Shown here one piece after another: positions 9,871 through 18,641 of a DNA stretch of 64,000 bases. Each line of letters opens with the position of its first letter. Within the stretch, counting starts at the first letter, position 1. The position numbers were made by a program, and so were the translations under genes. Below the pieces are notes generated by a model, which was given only the letters and a program-made list of their open reading frames with translations, made no database searches and was not told where the DNA came from. The stretch lies in the NCBI GenBank assembly GCA_029977605.1, contig JAPOKN010000002.1:6925-70924 (forward strand), in the 5' to 3' direction. This DNA comes from Methanobacteriota archaeon. GTDB taxonomy: Archaea > Thermoplasmatota > Poseidoniia > MGIII > CG-Epi1.

Positions 9871-11570
9871 GACAATTCCTTAATCTGTTCCTCTATTAAA
9901 CTTGCTGCGTACTCTAGAGTCTTATCATCGAATCTAAATTTAGCTCCTGCAGCTTCATATAAATCTGGAAGTGTTGCATTGCCACCAAGACCTAATGCAG
10001 CTTTGTAGTCTTCAATAGCTTTATTTTCATCCTCCAAGGAATTACCCCATATTTGTATTGCACCTAGCTGAGCCATTCCATATTCAACATAATAGAATGG
10101 AACATGGTAAATGTGTAACTTGTTGTGCCAACCTGTAGCAATTATGTCATCACATCCACTATAATCTATGTGCTCAGACATTTGAAATCTTTTCCAAAGG
10201 TTAGTCCATTCCTCGTCGCAATTATTTGGATCTAACGCATCTTCGGGGTTGGTATAGGCCCAGTGCTGAAATGCATCTACAACTGCCATATATGGCCAAA
10301 ACATAATGACTTTTTCTAAATGTTCAATTCTTGCCCTTGCAGAGTCTTGTTCAGAGTAGAAACCTCCATCTTTCTTAGTCAAGAAGGGAGAAGCTAGAAG
10401 TTCCATAGCCATTGATGCAACCTCAGCAAATTCCATTCCAACATCTCTTTGGCTGTTGTAGGGTAAATCCGCAGATTCAAAGACATGGAACGCGTGACCG
10501 CCCTCATGAATCATCGTCTGAACATCGCTATGTGTTCCAACGGCATTCATAAAGATGAAAGGTAGACGTTGATAGGGATATTCAGTACAATAACCACCGG
10601 GAGCTTTGCCCTTACGATTGCCTAAATCCAATAAGCCCTTCTTTCTCATTATCCCAAAATGATTGCCTAAGTCAGAATCTACTGAGCTAAATATATTATG
10701 ACATTTTTCTTCTAATTCACTAGCATTTTCAAAAGGAACAAGAGCCTCTCTTCCAAATATATCTACACTTAAGTCCCATGGTTTTAGTTTGTCGAGACCA
10801 AGTGCTTCCTTACGCTTTTGAAGTAATTTATTTGCTAAAGGTACAATGATCTTCTCGATAGAATCATGAAATGTTAAGCAATCATCAGGAGTGTAATCAA
10901 ATCTTTTCAAATATTCCCATCTCCAAGCTCTGTAGTCGTCATAACCTGAATTCTTAGCAATTGACATACGAATCTTGAGAATCTGCTTCCAAATTTGGTT
11001 TATCTCATCCCTATCCTTAAGTCTCCTGGCTGAAGCTAATTTCCAAGCTTTTTCACGTTCATTTCTATCTGTTTCTAGCATGACAGGAGATAATCGAGTT
11101 AACGTAACCTCTTCATCGTCCCAATTTACTGTTTGGGAACCTATAATCGCATCATATTCTTTTGATAGCTTCGCGTCGGAAGTGTGAAGAGGAAGATTAT
11201 CTTTTGAAAATAACTCCACTTCACTTTTCATTCCTCTCAAGGGAATTTCAAAATTGTCGGGTGATAATTCGGACTCTAAAAATTTTATTTTGAGTGTTTG
11301 GTTTCTAGAACTTACATTTTCACTTATGTCTTCAAGAAATCTGTGATACCTAGACTTAGCTTCTTCGTCTGCAGTGTCCACAGTAGTAGAAACATATACT
11401 GAGGTTCCAACTTCCCCAATTAGTTCAGATAAATCAGACCAATACTTCATCCAGTCTGAAATGTTTTCTGAAGTTAAACCTGAATTCTCCAAATAATCGA
11501 AAAAAGGAATATATTTATCCCAGGACCAATCCATCATTTGGCTGCTATCTTTTGGTAAGACATGATTCAT
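9867..11570 (-). CDS. pepF: M3-family oligoendopeptidase F-like metallopeptidase
   Basis: 567 aa. Zinc motif HEGGHAFH with a downstream EFAEVASM glutamate, and M3B length. Confidence 0.82.
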   Translation of the reverse strand: MNHVLPKDSSQMMDWSWDKYIPFFDYLENSGLTSENISDWMKYWSDLSELIGEVGTSVYVSTTVDTADEEAKSRYHRFLEDISENVSSRNQTLKIKFLESELSPDNFEIPLRGMKSEVELFSKDNLPLHTSDAKLSKEYDAIIGSQTVNWDDEEVTLTRLSPVMLETDRNEREKAWKLASARRLKDRDEINQIWKQILKIRMSIAKNSGYDDYRAWRWEYLKRFDYTPDDCLTFHDSIEKIIVPLANKLLQKRKEALGLDKLKPWDLSVDIFGREALVPFENASELEEKCHNIFSSVDSDLGNHFGIMRKKGLLDLGNRKGKAPGGYCTEYPYQRLPFIFMNAVGTHSDVQTMIHEGGHAFHVFESADLPYNSQRDVGMEFAEVASMAMELLASPFLTKKDGGFYSEQDSARARIEHLEKVIMFWPYMAVVDAFQHWAYTNPEDALDPNNCDEEWTNLWKRFQMSEHIDYSGCDDIIATGWHNKLHIYHVPFYYVEYGMAQLGAIQIWGNSLEDENKAIEDYKAALGLGGNATLPDLYEAAGAKFRFDDKTLEYAASLIEEQIKELS

Positions 11571-11606
11571 ACCACGTCAAAAAGAATGCTCTATTTTAGA
11601 ATCACT

Positions 11607-13976
11607 TTAATTGACTTTAAGAACTTTAAAAGTTGTTGGGCCTACTTTTACTTCATCGCCTTCTTTTGAACCCTCGAGTGATTTACCTATAGGGTTTGAC
11701 AACGGTATTTTCCCTTGCGGAATATTTGCATCTTCTTGGTTAACTAATTCAAAAGTGTGTTCTGTTTCCTTTGTCAAATTTTTAACAACTAGGCTAGTTC
11801 CTACAGAAGCTCCTGTCGATGAAGATGATTCAGCTTCTACAGGCTTATTCAAACTTTCAATACGTGCTTCCTTTATTTTATCTTCCAATTCTTTGTTACT
11901 ATCCGAAAGACTCTGAACCTCTGCATTCATTTCGTCAGCCATTTCTCTTTCTTTCGGTATTTCAATTTCCATCGCCTTAATCTTTCGCTCAGTATCTTCT
12001 TCACTGCCTATAGTTGTTCCTCGAAGGAATTCTAAATCTTCTTTTAGCTTTTCATGCTCTGTCTTCTCAGCCTCTAGCAATCTCTCTGCCTTATTTCTCT
12101 CATCAATGCTAATGTTTAGTTCCGCTTTGGCATCCTCAAATTGTTTCTTGAGTGTTTGCATAACTTTACTCACTTGTTGTGATGCATTTTCTAAAGCTGC
12201 TAAATCTTTCTGAGTCTTTTCTTTACTCCTAACTTCAATCTTTAATTCATCATCAATTTTCTTATTAGATTCTTTTTGATTGTCAACCTGCTCTTGTAAT
12301 TCCTTAAGCGAATCAGTCATACTAAGTATTTCATTTTCTTTTTGCCTGAATTGTTCACTACTTTGCTCGAGTTCAATTATTGTTTGCCTTTCAATATCTA
12401 ATTCATTCATCGTTAATGATGCCTTTTCTCTTGCGTCATTAAGTTCTTTCTTTGCCTTTTCTAAGTTTGTAGTCAATGTCGTAAATTTATCATTAATTCT
12501 TTTCTTATTTTTTTCCATTAATTTGACCTCTCTATCCAATTCTTTTCTTCTATTGATAGCCTCATTTCTTTCTGCAAGGGCCGATTTTTCCCTTTCATTA
12601 GCTTCTAAAGTATGTTGTTCCAATTCCATAATCTCTTTTTCTAAATTGTTCTTTTCTTGAACCGTTTTATCATATGAAGCTTTAACTGAATCATAAGACT
12701 CCAAAGCATTAACTGTATCTGGTTTCTCTAATTTCAATTTCCTCTCAGCGTCAACGGCTTTAGTTTCTGCGTCGTCACTCATGGTCCTTAGAGATCCTAT
12801 TTCTCTGGTCATCCTATCGCTAAGACGCATATCGTTTTCGTGTTTAGCTCTCAAATCTTCAATTTCTTTTTCAAGATTACTCTTTGCGGAAAGATCATCT
12901 AGCAACTCTTTCTCGGCCATTCTAGCTCTCTTCTCAACTTCAGATGTTGCAATTCTTGCAGTTTTCAATTTAGATTCTAGAGAACTATTAAGTGTATTCA
13001 CACTCTGATTTAAGGCTGTAATACGATCTAATTCGTTTTCTAAGTCATCAATACCGTCATAATCTATGTCACTGGTTGAAGCACGAACATCTTCAATTCT
13101 TTTTTCGGCCTCTTTCAACCTTTCTTCAGTATCTTCAAATTCTTGCATTAATTCTTTGCTTTTTTCTAACTCTCCGTCGTGGATTTTTTGCTGTCTTTCA
13201 ATTAGTTCCTGCTTTTTCAAAATCGCTTGCCATTCTTCATCGATATTTCCTAGTATGTAGAGCGTTCCTCCCCCAGTAAGAGCAGTACCTATCAAAACAA
13301 TAAAGAAACCTATTCCTGGACTCCAGGAAACTGGCCCTAATCTTCCAGTGATTCTATCAGCTTCCCCTGCTTGTAGCTGAACATATTCTTCACAATTTCC
13401 CTCGCCATAAAAAGTAAGTAAATTTTTGATACAACCCAGCTCTTTATTCGAATCCGAACCTTCAGTATTTGTTGAAGAAAGTGCTACTTCATCTTGTATT
13501 AATGCATCTGACCAAGTGGTGTAAAACAAAAAGGTTGACAAAAATCCTACTATGAGGACAATAATTGCAAAATATTTCAGATTCTTCAGCGCACTCCTCA
13601 AAGTATTCTGATGTAGACTACTAACTGCATTATTTGCCATGTAAGCAACTACCAAAGCTAAAAGGCCTGCTGCGTACGCAGTCATTTTAGCATTATTGGC
13701 GGAATCTACTTTGTTGAGACAATAAATACAGTCTTGACTATCGTAAGTAACTGAGTTACTATTTCCAGTAGTATCTGTCAGTAAATATGATTCCAAATAA
13801 TAGTGATACTGGAATGTATTATATTGAGTAACATTTCCAGTTACAGGATCTACGGTTTCTCTTGCTCCGTCAATTACAAACCATTTCCCGTAATCTCCAG
13901 TACTATTCACTGAAATTAGAATGCAAAGAAATGTAACAACTGCTACCGCTTGTATTTGTTGTAATTGCTCTTTCAT
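11607..13976 (-). CDS. membrane-anchored (about 4 TM) long coiled-coil protein with GreA/GreB-type C-terminal domain
   Basis: 789 aa. Hydrophobic segments lie in the first ~245 aa. About 450 aa are E/K/L/R-rich and helical. The last ~60 aa, HTFELVNQEDANIPQGKIPLSNPIGKSLEGSKEGDEVKV..FKVLKV, align by eye with the E. coli GreA C-terminus. Confidence 0.75.
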   Translation of the reverse strand: MKEQLQQIQAVAVVTFLCILISVNSTGDYGKWFVIDGARETVDPVTGNVTQYNTFQYHYYLESYLLTDTTGNSNSVTYDSQDCIYCLNKVDSANNAKMTAYAAGLLALVVAYMANNAVSSLHQNTLRSALKNLKYFAIIVLIVGFLSTFLFYTTWSDALIQDEVALSSTNTEGSDSNKELGCIKNLLTFYGEGNCEEYVQLQAGEADRITGRLGPVSWSPGIGFFIVLIGTALTGGGTLYILGNIDEEWQAILKKQELIERQQKIHDGELEKSKELMQEFEDTEERLKEAEKRIEDVRASTSDIDYDGIDDLENELDRITALNQSVNTLNSSLESKLKTARIATSEVEKRARMAEKELLDDLSAKSNLEKEIEDLRAKHENDMRLSDRMTREIGSLRTMSDDAETKAVDAERKLKLEKPDTVNALESYDSVKASYDKTVQEKNNLEKEIMELEQHTLEANEREKSALAERNEAINRRKELDREVKLMEKNKKRINDKFTTLTTNLEKAKKELNDAREKASLTMNELDIERQTIIELEQSSEQFRQKENEILSMTDSLKELQEQVDNQKESNKKIDDELKIEVRSKEKTQKDLAALENASQQVSKVMQTLKKQFEDAKAELNISIDERNKAERLLEAEKTEHEKLKEDLEFLRGTTIGSEEDTERKIKAMEIEIPKEREMADEMNAEVQSLSDSNKELEDKIKEARIESLNKPVEAESSSSTGASVGTSLVVKNLTKETEHTFELVNQEDANIPQGKIPLSNPIGKSLEGSKEGDEVKVGPTTFKVLKVN

Positions 13977-13999
13977 AGAGTTGATTTTACCAGACCTTC

Positions 14000-14007
14000 T
14001 ATTTAAA
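14000..14007 (-). promoter_or_regulatory. TATA box candidate (TTTAAATA on minus strand) 24 nt upstream of the ATG at 13976
   Basis: Exact match to the archaeal TTTAWATA consensus. The spacing implies a leaderless or near-leaderless mRNA. The same geometry occurs at 24941-24948 and 48335-48342. Confidence 0.4.
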
Positions 14008-14083
14008 GTTTTTGATTTTCACTGAGTACTAGTGTGAACAAAGCTATGAGATAACATTTTAATGGAGTAGTCTGTGAACGGCT

Positions 14084-17000
14084 ATGAAGGTCTGCCCAGT
14101 ATGTGAAATGGAAGAAGAGGATAGTGCTCTTTCATGTAGCATGTGTGGTTCTGATTTTGAACCTTCTGTTAAAGAGACTCCACAACAAGAATCGCCGGTC
14201 GACGTTCCCGAAGATATTTCTTCTGATATTGCTGAAATGAGTTTAGGTGATGTAGAAAAAACCGAACCTGAATCAGAAGTGACAAATGAATTAAGTGAAG
14301 AAGAAAAATTATTGGAAGAGACTCTAAGCGCTACTGAAACTGGAGCTTCAGAAGAAAAGTCTGAAAGTAGTTTCACAAAATTTACTGAACAGTTCTCAGA
14401 CATGGGAAAAATATTTGGCGACTTAAACAAAAGACTCGATGGAATATTCCTATCAAAAGGAGAATTGAATTACATTGCACCCTTAACTATAGTTGTACTT
14501 TCAATTTTATTACTTTCAGGAGTAATTGGATTGGCCGTATCTAGTGTACCTGGAACTGACCAAGAATCTTCAGATGGTTACAAACCTACTACACCCTACA
14601 ATAAGGAAATAAATGGAATTACTGTACTAATTGGAAGGGGAGTTGCTGAACCTTTCTCTGGAGAAGCATTCAACTGTGAAATTTGGGATAGTCAAATTTA
14701 CGAAGAGTTTCAAGAAGTTAACGATGAAGGATATTATATTCAATTAACTGACCGTAACGAAAATGGTACTGTCGATGATGAAGAAAGATACGGTTGTCCA
14801 GTCAACATGAAATTTATTAGTACTTTTTCATTTATTATTCTTAATCTTATACTGTTGACTACTGCATTTTACATTTACAACAAAGTTTCAAACACTGCAA
14901 TTATCATACCAGTTATAGGTTTCGCAGTTGTTGAAACTATTTTATTTGCAATATATGGCGGATTATTGAATAACGTTATTTTTGCATTACCTCTAACTAT
15001 TGGCCTCGTATGTACTGTAGGATTGATTGTAGCTTCAGGAGTTTTACTAATAAGAACCTCATTAGGACGTTCACTAAATGATCCTCCTAGTCTTACTTTC
15101 TACATATTTATCATAGCTGCAGCATTATTGTTTTCATCTGTTTTCTATAATTACTCACTTGGCCCTTACGCTATTTGTGACGGAGAATATACTCCCTCTG
15201 AGCTTCTCGATTTAAAAAATAATGTCCCAGAAGATTTAAGAACAGAATGTCAAAATAAAGGATATAAGAATTTGCAAGCCGTACCATTTGACTTAGGAAA
15301 TGGAAGTAACATGATACTACTACTATCTGCAACCTTCCTTTTCTTAGGAGTTGCTAATTCGCTAATTTCTAATACTAAGATTAATGATATTGACGAAGCA
15401 AAATACTTCTCCATGATTCTTTCTGGCCTTGGTCTACAATTTCTCATACTAGTTTTCAATGTAGTAACTAGTGAGGACGGGGGTTTGGGATTTGATGAAA
15501 ATGATACTGCACTAACTATCATGGCTCTTGGAGTAGCAACGATTGGAATGGTTTCATTTTATCGTAAAAGAAGAGGTGAAGCTGGATCAATGGGTGTTGC
15601 CTATTTCGTAATTTTTGCATCCGGAATTTTTGCTCTCTTCGGAACATTTATTGCCCCAGTAGTTCTTGGAGGCAATGACATTGAATGGCCTGAGGACGGG
15701 GATGAGCAATTTAATCTCGTCTTATCTGCTTTAGTTACAGCTGTAGGTTTCTGGCTAAGCTACAGATTTGGATCACAAAAATTGCGTGAACTTTCAATTG
15801 CTAGTGATGCAGCAATGCCTAATCGTCAGGATGCCTTTGCACCATCTGTTCCAGGGGAACAAAAGGCAATGCCCGAGTGGACTGTTGACTCAGCTATGGA
15901 GTTTTTAATGAACGAATATGGCGATGAATTCCAAGTTGAACTTAAACACACTACAGAACACACACCTGATCTCGAATTAGTTGAAAAAACAATGATGGAT
16001 ACTGTGGATCAATCGGTTGAAATCAGACAGGCAATAGAAGTTGACTACGATGTAGATTTCCATGAAATAGCTGAAGCATACTCTACTACGCAAGAAACTG
16101 TTGATGAAGTAATAACTCATTTAACTTCTGGTAAGAACATTATGCTTTTCGGAGAACCTGGAACTGGTAAAACTGCACTATCAAACATATTATTGACAAA
16201 ATTGTGTGGTGAAATTGAGCAACCAAATGGTAGCATGGCTCCAAATTACACTATTGTTACAGCGAATGCAGAATGGTCTAATTTCGATGTTATTGGCGGT
16301 ATCTCACCTGATGACTCTGGAGGATACTACTTCAAAGATGGATATGTAGCTGAAGCTGCAAAATTATGTGAAAAATCAATTCGTGAAAGAGGTAAACCTC
16401 ACTATCTTGTAATTGATGAGTTTAATCGAGCGAATATTGATGAAGCATTTGGTAAATTGTTTACTGTTTTCGAGTATAGAGATAAGCAACCTTTACTAAC
16501 GCACAAAGAAACTGGAGGAGCTCCATTCATGATGCCACCAGAGTTCCGTATTATAGGAACTATGAATACTCAGGATAAAAATACATTATTCAACGTTGGT
16601 TTTGCTCTAATGCGACGTTTTGCTTTTGTTGAAATTGGATTGCCTCTCCCTGAAGATGAATACCACCGTATGCCTGTTTTTGTTTACTTTAAGCTCAAAA
16701 AGCTTGGACTAGTTCCAGACAGACCGGATGGTGATGGTTTATGGAAATTTGGAGAAAAATGCCGACACTTCCCACAAAAGAAATTTGACTTCTACGACGA
16801 TGATGGAAACATGTACGCTTGTCACGAGAAACTGGTTAAATTTTTGGCACCCGGCGAACCACCTAAACGAGGCGACGAAACCCCTCTTGGAGTACGTACC
16901 TTTAGAAAAATTGGACCCGCATTACTTATCGATTCAATGGTTACTATATTTAATTCAATTAAGAAATATGGCCCAGAATTAGCCTTGGACAGAGTCATTA

Positions 17001-17149
17001 GATCCAACATAATGCCTTCACTTGAGGGTTTGGAAAGAAATGAAATAAGGTGCATGTTCTTACATGCGAAAGAAGTGCTTGGCCCTACTTCAATAGTTAC
17101 GGAAACTCTAGACAGAATGGCTAATTCAGACAGTCTAAGTTTATTCTAG
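14084..17149 (+). CDS. zinc-ribbon / acidic linker / ~10-TM / McrB-family (AAA_5-like) NTPase fusion protein
   Basis: 1021 aa. N-terminal CPVCx12CSMC. About 90 aa of D/E/S-rich linker. About 10 hydrophobic helices (aa ~128-565). Walker A GEPGTGKT (nt 16151-16174), Walker B LVIDEFNRANIDEAFGKLF, and IIGTMNTQDKN....ALMRRFAFVEI, which are the McrB-family signatures. Confidence 0.8.
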   Translation: MKVCPVCEMEEEDSALSCSMCGSDFEPSVKETPQQESPVDVPEDISSDIAEMSLGDVEKTEPESEVTNELSEEEKLLEETLSATETGASEEKSESSFTKFTEQFSDMGKIFGDLNKRLDGIFLSKGELNYIAPLTIVVLSILLLSGVIGLAVSSVPGTDQESSDGYKPTTPYNKEINGITVLIGRGVAEPFSGEAFNCEIWDSQIYEEFQEVNDEGYYIQLTDRNENGTVDDEERYGCPVNMKFISTFSFIILNLILLTTAFYIYNKVSNTAIIIPVIGFAVVETILFAIYGGLLNNVIFALPLTIGLVCTVGLIVASGVLLIRTSLGRSLNDPPSLTFYIFIIAAALLFSSVFYNYSLGPYAICDGEYTPSELLDLKNNVPEDLRTECQNKGYKNLQAVPFDLGNGSNMILLLSATFLFLGVANSLISNTKINDIDEAKYFSMILSGLGLQFLILVFNVVTSEDGGLGFDENDTALTIMALGVATIGMVSFYRKRRGEAGSMGVAYFVIFASGIFALFGTFIAPVVLGGNDIEWPEDGDEQFNLVLSALVTAVGFWLSYRFGSQKLRELSIASDAAMPNRQDAFAPSVPGEQKAMPEWTVDSAMEFLMNEYGDEFQVELKHTTEHTPDLELVEKTMMDTVDQSVEIRQAIEVDYDVDFHEIAEAYSTTQETVDEVITHLTSGKNIMLFGEPGTGKTALSNILLTKLCGEIEQPNGSMAPNYTIVTANAEWSNFDVIGGISPDDSGGYYFKDGYVAEAAKLCEKSIRERGKPHYLVIDEFNRANIDEAFGKLFTVFEYRDKQPLLTHKETGGAPFMMPPEFRIIGTMNTQDKNTLFNVGFALMRRFAFVEIGLPLPEDEYHRMPVFVYFKLKKLGLVPDRPDGDGLWKFGEKCRHFPQKKFDFYDDDGNMYACHEKLVKFLAPGEPPKRGDETPLGVRTFRKIGPALLIDSMVTIFNSIKKYGPELALDRVIRSNIMPSLEGLERNEIRCMFLHAKEVLGPTSIVTETLDRMANSDSLSLF

Positions 17150-17164
17150 GATTAAGATTATAGA

Positions 17165-17629
17165 CTAACTAAGTGATTGTGCAAAAGAAACTATCTCGTC
17201 ATAATCGGGTTCTACACCAGGATTCTCAGCTACCCATCTGTGTCTAACTATACCTTCTTTATCAATAACTACAACTACTCTGTTAGCACTTTCGTAACCT
17301 TCAATACCACCTAGACCGACAAATTTTGCATCATATGCTTCAACAACTTCCCTGTCTATATCAGACAATAATTCAAATTTAAGATTATACTTAGAGGCAA
17401 ACTCAGCATTAGCCCATGGAGAATCAACGCTTATGCCAATTACATCAGAATTAGATTCATTTAGCTTTGACAAATTATCTTGAAATGAACACATTTCAGT
17501 ATCGCAAACACCTGTGAATGCACCTGGATAAAATGCTAAAATGACAGTTTTTCCTGCATAATCTGCCAGTGATACATCTTCCTTAGATGTATTTTTCAAT
17601 GTAAAATTAGGTGCAGACTCACCAATCAT
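17165..17629 (-). CDS. peroxiredoxin (AhpC/TSA, Bcp-like)
   Basis: 154 aa. FYPGAFTGVCDTEMC is the peroxidatic Cys context in a thioredoxin-fold-length protein. Confidence 0.82.
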   Translation of the reverse strand: MIGESAPNFTLKNTSKEDVSLADYAGKTVILAFYPGAFTGVCDTEMCSFQDNLSKLNESNSDVIGISVDSPWANAEFASKYNLKFELLSDIDREVVEAYDAKFVGLGGIEGYESANRVVVVIDKEGIVRHRWVAENPGVEPDYDEIVSFAQSLS

Positions 17630-17714
17630 AGGACATCACTTCTTTTGATATTAATGTGTTGTAACATAATATATTACCAAGATAGTTACTTATAAAATAT
17701 TCACAAACAACTTT

Positions 17715-18638
17715 TTACCCACTCATTAAGCTTTCAATATATCTTTTTTTGAACTTAAAACCATTCTCCTTCGCAAGTTTTAAGATTGCTTTATCAAATC
17801 CACTTCCATATTGAGCACCCTTCTTCTTGCGATTCGAAAATTCCTTTGGTATCCCCAAGTCCAAAGCTATATTTCGAAGAATCTTTTTATTGCTTAATGA
17901 ATCAATCTTCTGATAATTTCCCATATTCATAGCCTGAATAATTACGTCATCCGCTAAGTAAGGAGCTAATAATGATTTTGAGATGTGAGAAGAAATTAAC
18001 TTATCTCTCTCAAAAACAAGATTGTACATTCTCTTAAGTCCACTTATGCTTTCATCTTTCAGATCTCCAATTCTCATGCCTCTCCAAGTGCCTCCTCCTT
18101 TGACAGCTTTCGAATGTCTTTCGTATCCTGCAAAAAGTTCTTCAGCTCCAATTCCAGACAAGAACAACTCTTCACTACCAAGCCTCATAGAACCTAAGTT
18201 GACTGCGGAAACAGTAAGCTTGACGATGTATTCAATGTAATTATCTTCCTCTATAGCTGGTATCGGCAGAACATCAATCACTTCTTTTAGCAATAACTCT
18301 ACCTCACCTAAAGAATATTCTTTAACAACTAAATCTAGACTAAAGTAATCTGAAACTTTTCGGGCGTGAAAAATATCTTTTGAACCACTGATACCAACAC
18401 AAAAACATCGAAACTCTCTACCCAAGTCTTTGCATATCTTAGCTATAATGGAGGAATCAACCCCTCCTGATAAAAGAACTCCAAAATTAACGCCTTCTGT
18501 CTTTTCAGAAATTTTCCTTTTTAATGATAAATATAGGTTCTTTTTTGTTGGAATTATTTTGTGATTATTAATCAAATAATCTATGTGTTCATCCCAATCA
18601 ACTTTAGATATATCCTGGCTGAAACTAGATAGGGTCAT
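17715..18638 (-). CDS. PP-loop ATP pyrophosphatase, asparagine-synthase-domain-like (no glutaminase domain)
   Basis: 307 aa with the PP-loop VLLSGGVDSS and an AsnB C-domain-like layout. It starts 3 nt after the Elp3 stop. Confidence 0.65.
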   Translation of the reverse strand: MTLSSFSQDISKVDWDEHIDYLINNHKIIPTKKNLYLSLKRKISEKTEGVNFGVLLSGGVDSSIIAKICKDLGREFRCFCVGISGSKDIFHARKVSDYFSLDLVVKEYSLGEVELLLKEVIDVLPIPAIEEDNYIEYIVKLTVSAVNLGSMRLGSEELFLSGIGAEELFAGYERHSKAVKGGGTWRGMRIGDLKDESISGLKRMYNLVFERDKLISSHISKSLLAPYLADDVIIQAMNMGNYQKIDSLSNKKILRNIALDLGIPKEFSNRKKKGAQYGSGFDKAILKLAKENGFKFKKRYIESLMSG

Positions 18639-18641
18639 AAA

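Noticed and set aside
12280-13279. Several 64-126-aa plus-strand ORFs (12280-12660, 12781-13008, 13066-13260, 13076-13279)
   Set aside because: All lie inside the long coiled-coil gene. Their S/L/F-rich low-complexity translations are typical antisense artefacts of E/K-rich coding sequence.
14059-14430. 123-aa minus-strand ORF over the start of the McrB-like gene
   Set aside because: Ser-rich antisense of the acidic linker region. It would also run through the shared promoter spacer.
14084-17149. Calling this locus a classical McrBC type IV restriction system
   Set aside because: No McrC or other nuclease ORF is adjacent. The N-terminal DNA-reader is replaced by a membrane domain, so only the NTPase family resemblance is supported.
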